From: a virus
Reading direction: 5' to 3' (one strand)
IMG/VR virus record: IMGVR_UViG_3300023210_000013
Span: 51,582 to 115,581 of that record
Length of the DNA stretch: 64,000 bases
Every line of letters begins with the position of its first letter. Within the stretch, counting starts at the first letter, position 1. Below the pieces are notes generated by a model. The model did no database searches. It saw only the letters and a list, made by a program, of their open reading frames with translations, and was not told where the DNA came from. Made by a program: the position numbers and the translations under genes. Shown in pieces: positions 10,683 through 21,141 of the stretch.

Positions 10683-12460
10683 TATCTTAATCTTTTTCTA
10701 TTATGTTTGTGTTTGATATTAGTCTTTTTTGCTGCATCATGCATGGATGAATAATTCACACTCATAGAACCAGCTTCAACATAAAAAGGACTTCTATCAT
10801 AAAAACCTTTTGCTGAAATCTTTACTTTTAATTGTGTACCTGTAGAAGTGAATACATGAGATTCACTTGAGGTCATATTATATGATTCATACGTTGATCC
10901 ATTATCATTAGACACTTGAGCATTTACAGTGCAATTAGCAGGTATAACAAAATTATCCATATTATGTAAAAAAACCATATCAACGTTTGCATTATTTTCT
11001 AATGTAAACGTACCATATACTACATGCCAATCACCTATAAGTTCATATGGATGTTGATCTTCTCTATGTATTTTAAAAGAATGACCATCACCTGAGTATC
11101 CCATCCTTATCCAGTATTTACTACCGTTAGCTGATTCCATTAAAACAGGTGAGTGACCGTAGTCACTTTGTGCTGTAGAACCTCTACCATTAGTAGTTGT
11201 ATCTTCTTTGTGGCTGCTTCTTCTTCTAGGAGCCCAGGTTTTACCTGCACCTATATCATGATAACATAAGTCCAACATTGCCCATCCTCTGTCAGCACCA
11301 ACAAACATAAAATTCTTTGAACCTGGTAATTTATCAGTAGGAGTACCTTCTGTCTTTTGAAATTTTGATCCTACTCTTAAGTAACCGGGTTGATTAACAT
11401 TTGTAGTAACATTATTTAATGGGTTAGCTTCTATTACATTTGGAACACCTCCGGTAAAACAAGGAGTATAATCTACTTTTAATATATGATCATATCCACC
11501 ACACATTATAACATTTGGTTCTGAGTTAGGGTTTATAACAAATAAACCAGGATCTCTATTATACCCATTAACTGTCTTAACTGAATTAGTTCCTGCTACA
11601 GTATCTTCTAAATCACACCATAGTGTTTTTGCGTCATTTGTTGAAGCATCTAGTATAACAGTAAATCCACCGTTCCCTTCATAATCCCAATAATACATTC
11701 TATCATTTACTTCATCATAAGATAAAGAACCTCTATAACCATTTCTATCATTAGTTGCAGAACCATCATATTTAGTTACTGAAGATTCTAACATTTGTTG
11801 TTCTCCTGTAAGTAAATTTCTTCTTGGAAATTTTTTGTAATGTCTAGCATCATGTTCTGAAGCATATATCCAATCACCCGCGGCACACAAACCACCAGCA
11901 TACCAATACCCAGTTCTTCTGACATATCCATTTGCTCTTGAGTTTGTACCAGATGTATCAATAAAATCTGTAGGGTTTGGATGACTTGGTCTATCTTCTC
12001 TAATTACGGCACCTCCATTAGTAATACCATCTTTAGCACCTCTATAATCAAATATAGAATAGCCATATACATTGTAAGACATAACAACAGCTTTACCAGC
12101 ACCCTTAGCCATAGCTACAGATTGCATGTGATTATATGTACTAGTTGTGTCTCTCCATAATGCATGACTATCATGATATAACTTAGTCATTGTACCATCA
12201 TTATTAAGTCTTCTGAAAGCTACGCCATCACCCCAACCACATGTCATTAATATATCACCATCTATATCATATGAGTTATGTCCACCAATACATCTTTCTC
12301 CACCATCATATTCACCTGATCCGCTATTAATAATGGCATTACTCATCCCTCCCTTTTGAACAGGACCTAGTGCATGAGTACCCTCATAGTCTGTCATAAA
12401 ACAACCAACAACTTCAGAAGCTGAGTCTTTATTTAATATTGCACTTGAAAATCTAGCCAT
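10682..12460 (-). CDS. Putative receptor-binding/tail protein, beta-propeller-like
   Basis: 592 aa, beta-rich; C-terminal VSNDNGSTYE...GTQLKVKI domain; translationally coupled to the fibre gene. Confidence 0.55.
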   Translation of the reverse strand: MARFSSAILNKDSASEVVGCFMTDYEGTHALGPVQKGGMSNAIINSGSGEYDGGERCIGGHNSYDIDGDILMTCGWGDGVAFRRLNNDGTMTKLYHDSHALWRDTTSTYNHMQSVAMAKGAGKAVVMSYNVYGYSIFDYRGAKDGITNGGAVIREDRPSHPNPTDFIDTSGTNSRANGYVRRTGYWYAGGLCAAGDWIYASEHDARHYKKFPRRNLLTGEQQMLESSVTKYDGSATNDRNGYRGSLSYDEVNDRMYYWDYEGNGGFTVILDASTNDAKTLWCDLEDTVAGTNSVKTVNGYNRDPGLFVINPNSEPNVIMCGGYDHILKVDYTPCFTGGVPNVIEANPLNNVTTNVNQPGYLRVGSKFQKTEGTPTDKLPGSKNFMFVGADRGWAMLDLCYHDIGAGKTWAPRRRSSHKEDTTTNGRGSTAQSDYGHSPVLMESANGSKYWIRMGYSGDGHSFKIHREDQHPYELIGDWHVVYGTFTLENNANVDMVFLHNMDNFVIPANCTVNAQVSNDNGSTYESYNMTSSESHVFTSTGTQLKVKISAKGFYDRSPFYVEAGSMSVNYSSMHDAAKKTNIKHKHNRKRLR

Positions 12461-12614
12461 TCTTTAATTTTTTTATTTCTTCTTCACAACGTACTATGTT
12501 TTTCTCCAATAAAACTTTTAAAGTTAAGTCATTATTTTCTATAGAAGTTTCATTTTCTAAATCAGTTTTATATTGCTCTAATTGCAATTCCCAATATTCT
12601 AAACTTTCTTCCAT
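12453..12614 (-). CDS. 53-aa acidic helical protein (not in the ORF track)
   Basis: MEESLEYWELQLEQYKTDLENETSIENNDLTLKVLLEKNIVRCEEEIKKLKNG*; fills the gap between two tail genes. Confidence 0.6.
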   Translation of the reverse strand: MEESLEYWELQLEQYKTDLENETSIENNDLTLKVLLEKNIVRCEEEIKKLKNG

Positions 12615-12615
12615 A

Positions 12616-15600
12616 TTAATTATATATTACATCAACCCAAAACTGAGTAAAATTATTATCTTTTGATACAGCATGCATGAATGATGTATTTAATCCATCA
12701 TACAACAATACAGAATTATTTTTATTTAAAGAATCTACATTTGTATGACTTTCTCCATACAATTTATAAGTATTTATAAATCTAGAGTTTATTGAAGGTT
12801 GATTCCATTGAACAAAATGAGCGGTATTTAAAGACACAGAATATATATTTGCTACATCATTAGTTGGTATACCATAATCAATTGATGCTGTTAAAGGATC
12901 AGAATAAATACCATGTTTGACAGCATATACTTTATAATGTATTTTACCTGATTGCGTAAATGAATCATCTATAACACTCATATTCTTTTCAAAATCTTCC
13001 TTAGAAAAAATTGATATTAAACCAAAACTATTTTCATTAACAGCACTGAATATTAAATATTCATCATTATCTTCTTCTGCTTGTTCAAAAGTTACATTTA
13101 TAGTATCATTTACAACAGATAGTATTAAGTTAATTGGTTTAGCAGGTTTAGCTATTCCTAAGTCTGCAGCTGTTAATACTCTAGTACCATGTGAGGTAAG
13201 AACCCCATCTGTCATATAAAGATTATCAATAATAGTAGCTCCACTTGTATTAATATCTGAGTCAGTACCTATTATTGTATTGAATGCTAGACTTGGTTTA
13301 TTAAGTATTAAAGCATCACCACTTGTTGCATTCCAATCTGCCTGAACATTTTGTTCAGCATTAACAGGAGCATAAGAAGTAGGAATGTTATCTGCTGTTA
13401 CATCCCCTGAAACAATAAGATTTGCATTTCCATTACTAGCAGGTTTTAAAACCATTGCATCATAAAGAGTACTTCCTGAAGGTGTAAATCTCCATCTCCA
13501 CCAATCATTATTATTGTCATCAGTTAAATTAAAATCAAAGTAAGTATGCGTACCATCTATGGTTGTTGTTATAGATGCAGCATCTGATGATTGTGCAGCA
13601 AATGTCAAGTTTGTAACTCCTGTTAATGAAGTATGGTTGTGAGCACTTGGTGCAAATGTAGTAGGCTTATTAAGTATAAACGCATCACCTGAAGCAGCAC
13701 TCCAGTCTGATTGTACGTTTTTCTCAGCATCTGTAGGTGCATGAGTTGCTTCACTATGCGTATATGCAGCATCCCAGTTTGAATCTTTTCTTGTTCCTGC
13801 TCCTGTACCGGTTGCCGGTTTGGAATATATACCATCTTTATACATTAACTGACCATCAGCTAATATTACTGTTGTTGTTTCAGTACCTCCTATAGTAAAA
13901 GAATCTCCACCACCGTAAGAAGCACTATTTGAGTGACTATATTTAATATGTCCAATTTGAGAATCAGGGACATTAGTACTAAATGTAAGATTAGTAGGTT
14001 GACCATTTGTTACTGATCTTAAATTAAGTGCATCTCCATCTTTATTTATTGTTATAGCACCATCAAAACTTCCTCCATTTTTAGCAGAGACAAAATCTGT
14101 AGGAATAGTTCCTGTGGTATATCCTGCATCAGCATGATTACCCCATCCATGTGCAGTTACACCATTAGCCACATCCGTAGTAGAAAAGTTATCTGTAGTA
14201 TGAACTTGTGCCCAGTCTTCTTGCCAAGTACCACTTCTTTTATTTCTTATATGAAGCTCTCTTTTGTGAAAGTCTTCAAACATCTGAACTGCCCAATCTG
14301 ATGAATCCCAATACTTGGTGGTTAATAAGCCATCTGATGCACCTACTGGATCATCTGTAGCACCACTTACATCCCATATGTGAATACCTGATTCCTTTAT
14401 AGTGTCACCGTTTGCATTTAATCTAGGATTTAATTTTAAGTATCTTCCATCATGATCATGAGTAGAAGGATCAAATGTAGTTGGCTTGTCTTCTACTTCA
14501 CTCCAAGTAGGTTTATGACCTGTTGAAAACAATGCATTTCCATTATGTCTAAGTAAACTACCAGAATGTGTTGTAAAGGCTATACCATCTCCTATGTCAT
14601 TTTGAGAACTAATCTCTAATGTAGAACCAGCATGACCACCAACACCCACAGTATGTCTTATATATGCTCTATCAGATGGATCTGTAGTTCCTTCTTTATC
14701 AAAACCAGTAAAATCAATCATTCTACTTTGATTGGTAGTAGTTGGATCACCTGTTAAAAGTATATTACCTTTTATACTAAGGTCACCGGTCATTGTATCA
14801 CCTGTAATATTTACATAATCAGAATCATGATTGTGATTTCCAGGAGCATAGTTTTGAGTTCCTACCCATACTTGTGTAGCTAAGTTTTCACCTGATGATT
14901 TAGGTAATGCTTGAAAGTTTACACTTCCACTATAATCCCAAGTCCAAGGATCTAATGTTTGACCACCAGAATAATTACTTAGTAAAAATAAACTCTTAAA
15001 AGGAAAATAATTATGAGATACATCAGTCCAATCAATGTCAATTTCAACACGCATCTTGTTTTTACCATCATGTAAAGAACTAGTTGTGTGCACGTTCATA
15101 CCACGTTGGAAATTGGAATAAGTCCATCTAGTCTTTTCATTCCAGATAGTTCCGTCAAACGTTTCTATTTTAACATCACATGTATGATTGCTTGTATCAG
15201 ACCAAGTACTTTGTAAAACAAACAAAGCTGTTGTTGGCCATCCACTACTTCTATTTATAACAAATCTAAAACGCTTATTTGCATGTTCTAAATTAAAACC
15301 GGTTTCTTCTCTACCATCAAATAAAACATCTAAACTTTGAGTCCATGCTTCCCAAGCACTTCCATTCCAAAATTCAACATCTGAATACTCCCTAAATCTA
15401 AAAGTATCAAAAACAGTATTTTCAGTAAATAAACGTAAATAGTTTGCTTGATTGTAAGAATCATAAAATTGCTGTCCATCAGAAAAACTATGATACTTAT
15501 GTCCTGCATATTCATAGCGTCCATCTAAATCAACTGTTTGATTTGTATTACCTGATACAGTAAGTGTTAGAACACCATTGCCTGTATTAAAACTTGCTCC

Positions 15601-16032
15601 TGATAGGTAATGATTTGTATTTGTATTTGTATCAGTTGAAGAAATTGTAATTTTTCCTCCAGCACTGTAGCTGAGAGCCACATTATCTCCCGCAATGAAA
15701 TCTAATGTGCCCTCAGACTGTACAGTAGTTTTTTGAACCCCATTTGTTTTAAGGTTAAAAGACTTATAATTATCATAATCATGTGTATGTCCAGATAAAG
15801 CATATCTATTATCCAAATCAACGGTTACATTATCTGATCCAGTAACGGTTCCTGTTAGAACTCCTGTTGCTGTATCAAAAGACAAAGCAGAAAGAAATTT
15901 ATTACTTCCTGTTTGTTGTGTTGTCCAAGTAACCACACCATTTCCATCTGTAGTTAATACTTGATTGGCTGTACCATCAAGCATAGGGAGAACAAAATCT
16001 CCGTGTTTAAGATGTGATAATTGTTGAATCAT
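12616..16032 (-). CDS. Long tail fibre protein
   Basis: 1138 aa; internal repeats (SFDTATGVLT..VDLDxRY twice; NVQxDWxAxSGDAxILNKP twice), GDTMTGDL, GWGNHA and four HxH motifs. Confidence 0.8.
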   Translation of the reverse strand: MIQQLSHLKHGDFVLPMLDGTANQVLTTDGNGVVTWTTQQTGSNKFLSALSFDTATGVLTGTVTGSDNVTVDLDNRYALSGHTHDYDNYKSFNLKTNGVQKTTVQSEGTLDFIAGDNVALSYSAGGKITISSTDTNTNTNHYLSGASFNTGNGVLTLTVSGNTNQTVDLDGRYEYAGHKYHSFSDGQQFYDSYNQANYLRLFTENTVFDTFRFREYSDVEFWNGSAWEAWTQSLDVLFDGREETGFNLEHANKRFRFVINRSSGWPTTALFVLQSTWSDTSNHTCDVKIETFDGTIWNEKTRWTYSNFQRGMNVHTTSSLHDGKNKMRVEIDIDWTDVSHNYFPFKSLFLLSNYSGGQTLDPWTWDYSGSVNFQALPKSSGENLATQVWVGTQNYAPGNHNHDSDYVNITGDTMTGDLSIKGNILLTGDPTTTNQSRMIDFTGFDKEGTTDPSDRAYIRHTVGVGGHAGSTLEISSQNDIGDGIAFTTHSGSLLRHNGNALFSTGHKPTWSEVEDKPTTFDPSTHDHDGRYLKLNPRLNANGDTIKESGIHIWDVSGATDDPVGASDGLLTTKYWDSSDWAVQMFEDFHKRELHIRNKRSGTWQEDWAQVHTTDNFSTTDVANGVTAHGWGNHADAGYTTGTIPTDFVSAKNGGSFDGAITINKDGDALNLRSVTNGQPTNLTFSTNVPDSQIGHIKYSHSNSASYGGGDSFTIGGTETTTVILADGQLMYKDGIYSKPATGTGAGTRKDSNWDAAYTHSEATHAPTDAEKNVQSDWSAASGDAFILNKPTTFAPSAHNHTSLTGVTNLTFAAQSSDAASITTTIDGTHTYFDFNLTDDNNNDWWRWRFTPSGSTLYDAMVLKPASNGNANLIVSGDVTADNIPTSYAPVNAEQNVQADWNATSGDALILNKPSLAFNTIIGTDSDINTSGATIIDNLYMTDGVLTSHGTRVLTAADLGIAKPAKPINLILSVVNDTINVTFEQAEEDNDEYLIFSAVNENSFGLISIFSKEDFEKNMSVIDDSFTQSGKIHYKVYAVKHGIYSDPLTASIDYGIPTNDVANIYSVSLNTAHFVQWNQPSINSRFINTYKLYGESHTNVDSLNKNNSVLLYDGLNTSFMHAVSKDNNFTQFWVDVIYN

Positions 16033-16061
16033 GATTAAAATTTATAATTACACTTTTTTAC

Positions 16062-17951
16062 TTATGATATTTTAATAACTGCAACTTGTAAATCAAATGG
16101 AGATGGTTTATCTAACATAAGTGTTAGAGTATTTACATCTGTTTGTACCATTGCAACAGAAAGCATTTCTTTTGTTTTAGCATTCCAAACTTGAGCAATT
16201 ATACACTCAGCATCTAATTGATGGTCAACAATGTATTCAGTTTCACCTGCAGTAAAATCTTTACAAAATCTTACAGCAGCCTGTCTAGCTGCAACTAAAT
16301 CACTAGCACCTTTAGGAGTTACCGTTCTTCCAGTATCTGTTCCTGTAATTGTTTCAGCACTTGTTGCTAACTCAGCAATACCAGGATTAGTTACACTTGC
16401 AGTTTCAGCTGTTACCGTAACAGTAGCACCTTCTCCACCCGCACTAACGTCTATACCTGCACCTGCAGAAATAGTCTTAACGTAATCTCCTGTAGTATCT
16501 GTACCAAGGGCAACAGAGTTAGGAGCTACACCAGATGCAGTAACAGTTGCTGTAAGAGTTACATCTTGACTACCATCAATAGATACAGAACCAGTAGCAT
16601 CTCCAGCTAAAGTAATTGTTCTTGCAGTTGCCCATATTGAAGCAGTATCAGCGTTTCCTTCTAAATCACCAATAAATGCATTAGCGCGTACATCATAAGA
16701 AGCACCAAAGTCCCATCTATCTCCAGATTCATCCCATAGTAAACTTACATTTGGAGAAGTACCACGTTCAACTTCAAAACCTGAGTTTTGAGAAGGAACA
16801 CCTACTTCATTAGCATTAAGTTTAATAATAGCATCACCAATATTAACTTCAGTTGAATCAACTTGTGTAACCGTTCCTTTAACAGTTAAGTTACCTGCAA
16901 CAACAACGGTAGATAAAGCTCCACCAAGTGTTAATTTATTAGCTCCTATAGAAGAAGCTATAGCAGCATCAGCTGCAGTAAAATCTAAACCAGTAAGCCC
17001 AGCAATAGAAGTTGAAGTACCACCTAAAGCAACAGTAGTACTACCGTATGTAACACTGCTATTGGCAAGTGAACTATTAGGTACATTTGAAAGACCTAAT
17101 GCAATAGTACCATTAGTAGTAATTGGTGAACCTGAATCCACATCAATACCATCTGATCCTGTAACTGCTACAGAAGTAACACCTGTAAATGCATTAAAAG
17201 GTAAATCACTTACACTATAATACTCAGCTGCTGATGCATCATCAGATACAAGAATTTTCCAATCATCTTTAATAGTAACTCCTGTCTTATCTGCAGTTGC
17301 TAAAATAACGTTATCAGTTCCAGCATAATCAACATTAATTGTAATTGTATCACCTAGTGATACTGCACCTCCATCTTGTAGACCAGCACCTGCGGTAACA
17401 GTTACTGCGCTATTAGCAAGAGAGCTATTTGGAACATTACTTAAACCAAGAGCAATAACACCACTTACTGTAACAGGACTATCAGCAACAGTTATTCCAC
17501 CAGTACCACTAACTCCAATACTTGTTACAGTACCTAAGTTATCAGTAAATGGTAAATCACCAACGTATGCATGCTTTACATCATCAGTAGCCCCATCACT
17601 ATAAATAATAAAGTCTCCTGTTTCTATTGCAGCACCTGAGTCATCAGTAGCTGCTAATATAAAGTTATCAGTTCCTGCATAGTCTACGTTTAAAGTAACA
17701 GCACCTTGAGTACCACCACCTGTTAAACCCACACCTGCTGAAACGGCTGTAATATCCCCTGCTGCATTTACCCATGCGGTTCCATTCCAGATCTCTAAAG
17801 CTTTATCTGTGCTATTGTAAATAATTTGCCCTTCTACTGGTGTAGCGGGTCTTGTTGCAGTTGTTAATGGATGAATTACAGCATTCTGCAATTCATTTTG
17901 CTGCAAGTCAATGTTTAACGTCTCTAAATGAGACAAATACTTAATTGCCAT
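16062..17951 (-). CDS. Virion fibre/structural protein
   Basis: IDLQQNELQNAVI N-terminus; repeats VDYAGTDN and IALGLSNVPNSSLANS; SGFEVERG and TARTITLAGDATGS fibre motifs. Confidence 0.75.
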   Translation of the reverse strand: MAIKYLSHLETLNIDLQQNELQNAVIHPLTTATRPATPVEGQIIYNSTDKALEIWNGTAWVNAAGDITAVSAGVGLTGGGTQGAVTLNVDYAGTDNFILAATDDSGAAIETGDFIIYSDGATDDVKHAYVGDLPFTDNLGTVTSIGVSGTGGITVADSPVTVSGVIALGLSNVPNSSLANSAVTVTAGAGLQDGGAVSLGDTITINVDYAGTDNVILATADKTGVTIKDDWKILVSDDASAAEYYSVSDLPFNAFTGVTSVAVTGSDGIDVDSGSPITTNGTIALGLSNVPNSSLANSSVTYGSTTVALGGTSTSIAGLTGLDFTAADAAIASSIGANKLTLGGALSTVVVAGNLTVKGTVTQVDSTEVNIGDAIIKLNANEVGVPSQNSGFEVERGTSPNVSLLWDESGDRWDFGASYDVRANAFIGDLEGNADTASIWATARTITLAGDATGSVSIDGSQDVTLTATVTASGVAPNSVALGTDTTGDYVKTISAGAGIDVSAGGEGATVTVTAETASVTNPGIAELATSAETITGTDTGRTVTPKGASDLVAARQAAVRFCKDFTAGETEYIVDHQLDAECIIAQVWNAKTKEMLSVAMVQTDVNTLTLMLDKPSPFDLQVAVIKIS

Positions 17952-17979
17952 AATTGTTTTTTTTATTATTATTTTTTTT

Positions 17980-18537
17980 TTAACTTAGATATGCTGTTCC
18001 AGCTACAGGTACATCAAAATTAACTTTCATATTGTTTACATCAATATTAGTTACTTGACCATTTATATCTGTGCCATCTGGCATTTCCATTCTTATATTA
18101 GGATACTTGTCTAAATTGTGTTCTATTATCCATTCTGTTGAATCTGTTTCTTGAGTAAATACAAAACCATCAACTACTTTATTATTTAATTCTCTTTGAA
18201 TTTCTTTTATAGATGTTAGTATATTTTCTAGTACAGAGTTATCTGGACAGTATGTTACAGAAGGACAGGAAGCACTACTTGTATGAGATACTTTTGGTTG
18301 ATCTACATATGGAGTACTTGTTAAGTACCCAACATTTTCATTAACCGTAACTCCAACACAAGAAGTTTCACATTTAAGTTTGCTTTGCCAATCACACAAT
18401 TCTTTTTCTAAAGCAGCTGCCTCAGCATCTACAACACAACATGGTATCATACCATAGCGTAAAGCCACAAAATTTTTATATGTGGCTGTAGCAAACTTTT
18501 TTTGTATTTGTATTTCTTTAATTAAGGCAGTGTCCAT
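17980..18537 (-). CDS. Virion structural protein (Cys-rich N-terminus)
   Basis: C-terminal FTQ..STEWIIEHNLDKYP...GTAYLS beta-sandwich common in phage structural proteins. Confidence 0.6.
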   Translation of the reverse strand: MDTALIKEIQIQKKFATATYKNFVALRYGMIPCCVVDAEAAALEKELCDWQSKLKCETSCVGVTVNENVGYLTSTPYVDQPKVSHTSSASCPSVTYCPDNSVLENILTSIKEIQRELNNKVVDGFVFTQETDSTEWIIEHNLDKYPNIRMEMPDGTDINGQVTNIDVNNMKVNFDVPVAGTAYLS

Positions 18538-18539
18538 CT

Positions 18540-18668
18540 TTATTTTTTAACTGTGTTCTTTTCTGTTTCGTATGCAGTTTTACATGTCTTATGAACTATA
18601 GCACCATCTGATGCTTTTGCTTTTTGACAACCACATGAAAACGCTTTGTTACATTTTACGCAAGTCAT
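18540..18668 (-). CDS. 42-aa Zn-finger-like micro-protein (not in the ORF track)
   Basis: MTCVKCNKAFSCGCQKAKASDGAIVHKTCKTAYETEKNTVKK*; CxxC-CxC-HxxC; AACCA leader upstream. Confidence 0.65.
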   Translation of the reverse strand: MTCVKCNKAFSCGCQKAKASDGAIVHKTCKTAYETEKNTVKK

Positions 18669-18686
18669 AATTTTGGTTTATTTATA

Positions 18687-19238
18687 TTAACACCCTACTG
18701 TTTTGCAAGATATTTTTTGTAATCTTTTTTTAGCATAATCATATAAAGCCATTCCTTCTTTAGGGCTATTACAATATTCTACTTTAGCAACAGCTGCATC
18801 TACTAAAGTTCTTATATACTTCATTTCATCAATAAGATCTTTTCTTTCACTATGAGGTTCACAATCTTTAACATCTATGTGACATAGTGTTTCATAGTAT
18901 AAAGTAAGTAAAGTAGTAACACGTAAATGATTATATTCAACGTAGACCTTTTCTACTGGAGCTACACTATATTTAATAATATAGATACCATCAGACAAAG
19001 GAGTTCTAGATGAACCACAGTTTTCTGTTTGAACAGCTAGTTGGCATCCGTTAAGATGCAGGTTAAAGTTTGTATCAACTTTAATTAAAACAGGTACGTT
19101 ATACCCCGGAGATGTAATTAAAAGTTCACCGCAGTCTATATCAAGTATTTCAGAATACTGACTAGTATCTCTAACGCTTAATATCTCTCTATTAGATACT
19201 GTAGGAACTTCTAAACTTAATATATGCTTATCAGCCAT
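18687..19238 (-). CDS. Conserved virion structural protein
   Basis: LSDGIYIIKYSV motif; position between capsid-associated and fibre genes. Confidence 0.55.
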   Translation of the reverse strand: MADKHILSLEVPTVSNREILSVRDTSQYSEILDIDCGELLITSPGYNVPVLIKVDTNFNLHLNGCQLAVQTENCGSSRTPLSDGIYIIKYSVAPVEKVYVEYNHLRVTTLLTLYYETLCHIDVKDCEPHSERKDLIDEMKYIRTLVDAAVAKVEYCNSPKEGMALYDYAKKRLQKISCKTVGC

Positions 19239-19307
19239 GATTATTGTATTTTTTGTAATTACTGTACTACATAGATAATATACAAAAAAACCTTCAGATT
19301 AGGAAAT

Positions 19308-19339
19308 AAAAAAGGTGAAGAATTTCTTCCTCACCTTTT
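19308..19339 (-). terminator. Intrinsic terminator, possibly bidirectional
   Basis: AAAAGGTGA...TCACCTTTT inverted repeat flanked by A and T runs. Confidence 0.65.
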
Positions 19340-19362
19340 AAATTATTTAGATTTTATTAATC

Positions 19363-20586
19363 CTATTGATCAATAGAGTCTTCTCTAACTATTGGATTAC
19401 CTGATGCAGTTGCAGCAGCAATCAATATATCTAGTAAAGCTTCTACCTCACCTTGTGTAACTGTATCATCACACTTAACAAAAATCTCATAAACATATTG
19501 ATCATTATCAAATACGCTTGATGCATTGTTTAAACGTGGGATACTATGTTGTACATAGTAAGTTTTGTATAAAGCACTACGGTCTACAGCAGAAAGAACT
19601 TCTTCAGAACCTTCAATCTCACGCATACGTGCAGAGTCTGCATTACCTTGATGGTAAGGAGCCTGAGCATAAGATTCAGTTAATAGTAAGTTTCTTAGTA
19701 CACCTTCACCAGTTTTTTGTTCCATTGTTCCTGGAGTAGTAACTACTGTTCCACAGTCATTACATGGGTTTCCAGTTTCATCTAAAACAGATGCAATCAA
19801 TTGTACAGGTTCTTTACCAAAGTAATCTCTTGTATCAAAAGAAGCATTTCCAAATTTAGTGTCTACGTAAGAACCTTCTAATTTAAGTTTAGCTGATACT
19901 ACATCAGTAACTGGATCTGTTGAAGCAACATAGTTACCAGAAGCAGCAAGACCTAAAGCTTGTTCAATTGTAAATGTAGCAGTTACTACAGATCCTGAAG
20001 CACTAGTTGTAATTTCAACACCACCTGCAGAAGCTTCTTTTACGAAAGGTTCAAGGATTGGGTCAGCCAATAACATTTTTCCAGCAGTAGCAATTGCTAA
20101 AGCAGGATCAGTAAATTCTTGACCATCAATACAACATACACCAGCAGAATCACCAATACCATAAGCATTACGGTTTAGGAAACGTAGAGCTGGAGCTCCT
20201 TTAACATCTAATCTCAAAAATAGAGAAGATCCACAAGGAGAACATTTAGGACCAACTTCTACTTCAACAGTAGCTGCAGTTGCAGATACACAAGTAGATT
20301 CCCATACTCTTGTCAAGTAACGTGGATTGATTCCTTTAGATTTAACAGATTCAGCGTAACCACCGTGGTTTTTGTTACCAGCAATAGTATCACTTGCATG
20401 TAAAGATCCTTGAACTAGATAAGCAAGTCCAGGAGCTGGAAAAGCACCAGTTGCGTGAGCAGTCCAGTCTTTACCATCAACTAATGCTAATTGGCCAGCA
20501 GCCAACGCAGAAGTTTTTGTTCCATCAGCAGCAGAAGCATCTGTTGCTAAAAAGCTTTTGTAAAAAGCATGATTAAAATAAGCCAT
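19363..20586 (-). CDS. Probable auxiliary capsid / abundant virion protein
   Basis: 407 aa, flanked by a promoter-like motif and a terminator; position downstream of MCP as in crAss-like phages. Confidence 0.55.
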   Translation of the reverse strand: MAYFNHAFYKSFLATDASAADGTKTSALAAGQLALVDGKDWTAHATGAFPAPGLAYLVQGSLHASDTIAGNKNHGGYAESVKSKGINPRYLTRVWESTCVSATAATVEVEVGPKCSPCGSSLFLRLDVKGAPALRFLNRNAYGIGDSAGVCCIDGQEFTDPALAIATAGKMLLADPILEPFVKEASAGGVEITTSASGSVVTATFTIEQALGLAASGNYVASTDPVTDVVSAKLKLEGSYVDTKFGNASFDTRDYFGKEPVQLIASVLDETGNPCNDCGTVVTTPGTMEQKTGEGVLRNLLLTESYAQAPYHQGNADSARMREIEGSEEVLSAVDRSALYKTYYVQHSIPRLNNASSVFDNDQYVYEIFVKCDDTVTQGEVEALLDILIAAATASGNPIVREDSIDQ

Positions 20587-20667
20587 TGTTTTTCAAATTT
20601 AATTGTTTATAAATAAAAGTTTGTGCTTTGTGCACATATATAATATACTAAAATATTATCAAATATA

Positions 20668-21141
20668 CTAAGCTAAGAACAATAATTTGTACTTAGCTGC
20701 ATTTATAGAGTCTTTAATAAGATCTATATTGCTTACTACTTCAGAATGAGGCATAACTTCTTGCAATTCATATGCTTGGTTTGACAACGCTCTTAAGTAT
20801 GAAATTGCACCTTCTACACTTTCTAATGTAACAGGAGCTTTTTCTGGGTAACGTAAGATGACTTCACAGGCACCTTGATAACCTTCTGCAACAACATCAA
20901 TTTGTTCTGGTAAAGCATCATATATTTCATTGAGTGCTTTGTGTTGTGCAAATGATCCTACACCTGTTACTTGAAGGTGTAGTTTATGAAGACTAGTTCT
21001 AGCATTCATTATTTCTACTACAAAATCTCCAGTTAAGCCATCCACCATTTTCATGTTGTCAGATCTTACTGAAGCAGATACTTTAGTTCCTGGTCTAGAA
21101 AGTCCTTTTGCTTTTGCTTTAAGTGGTTTTTTATAATCCAT
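20668..21141 (-). CDS. Ferritin/Dps-like protein (DUF5856-like)
   Basis: HKLHLQ..SFAQHKALNEIYD...VAEGYQG...KYKLLFL four-helix ferritin-like signature. Confidence 0.75.
   Translation of the reverse strand: MDYKKPLKAKAKGLSRPGTKVSASVRSDNMKMVDGLTGDFVVEIMNARTSLHKLHLQVTGVGSFAQHKALNEIYDALPEQIDVVAEGYQGACEVILRYPEKAPVTLESVEGAISYLRALSNQAYELQEVMPHSEVVSNIDLIKDSINAAKYKLLFLA

Noticed and set aside
7409-17951. Diversity-generating retroelement targeting the fibres
   Set aside because: No reverse transcriptase in the window and no adenine-mismatched repeat pair noticed.
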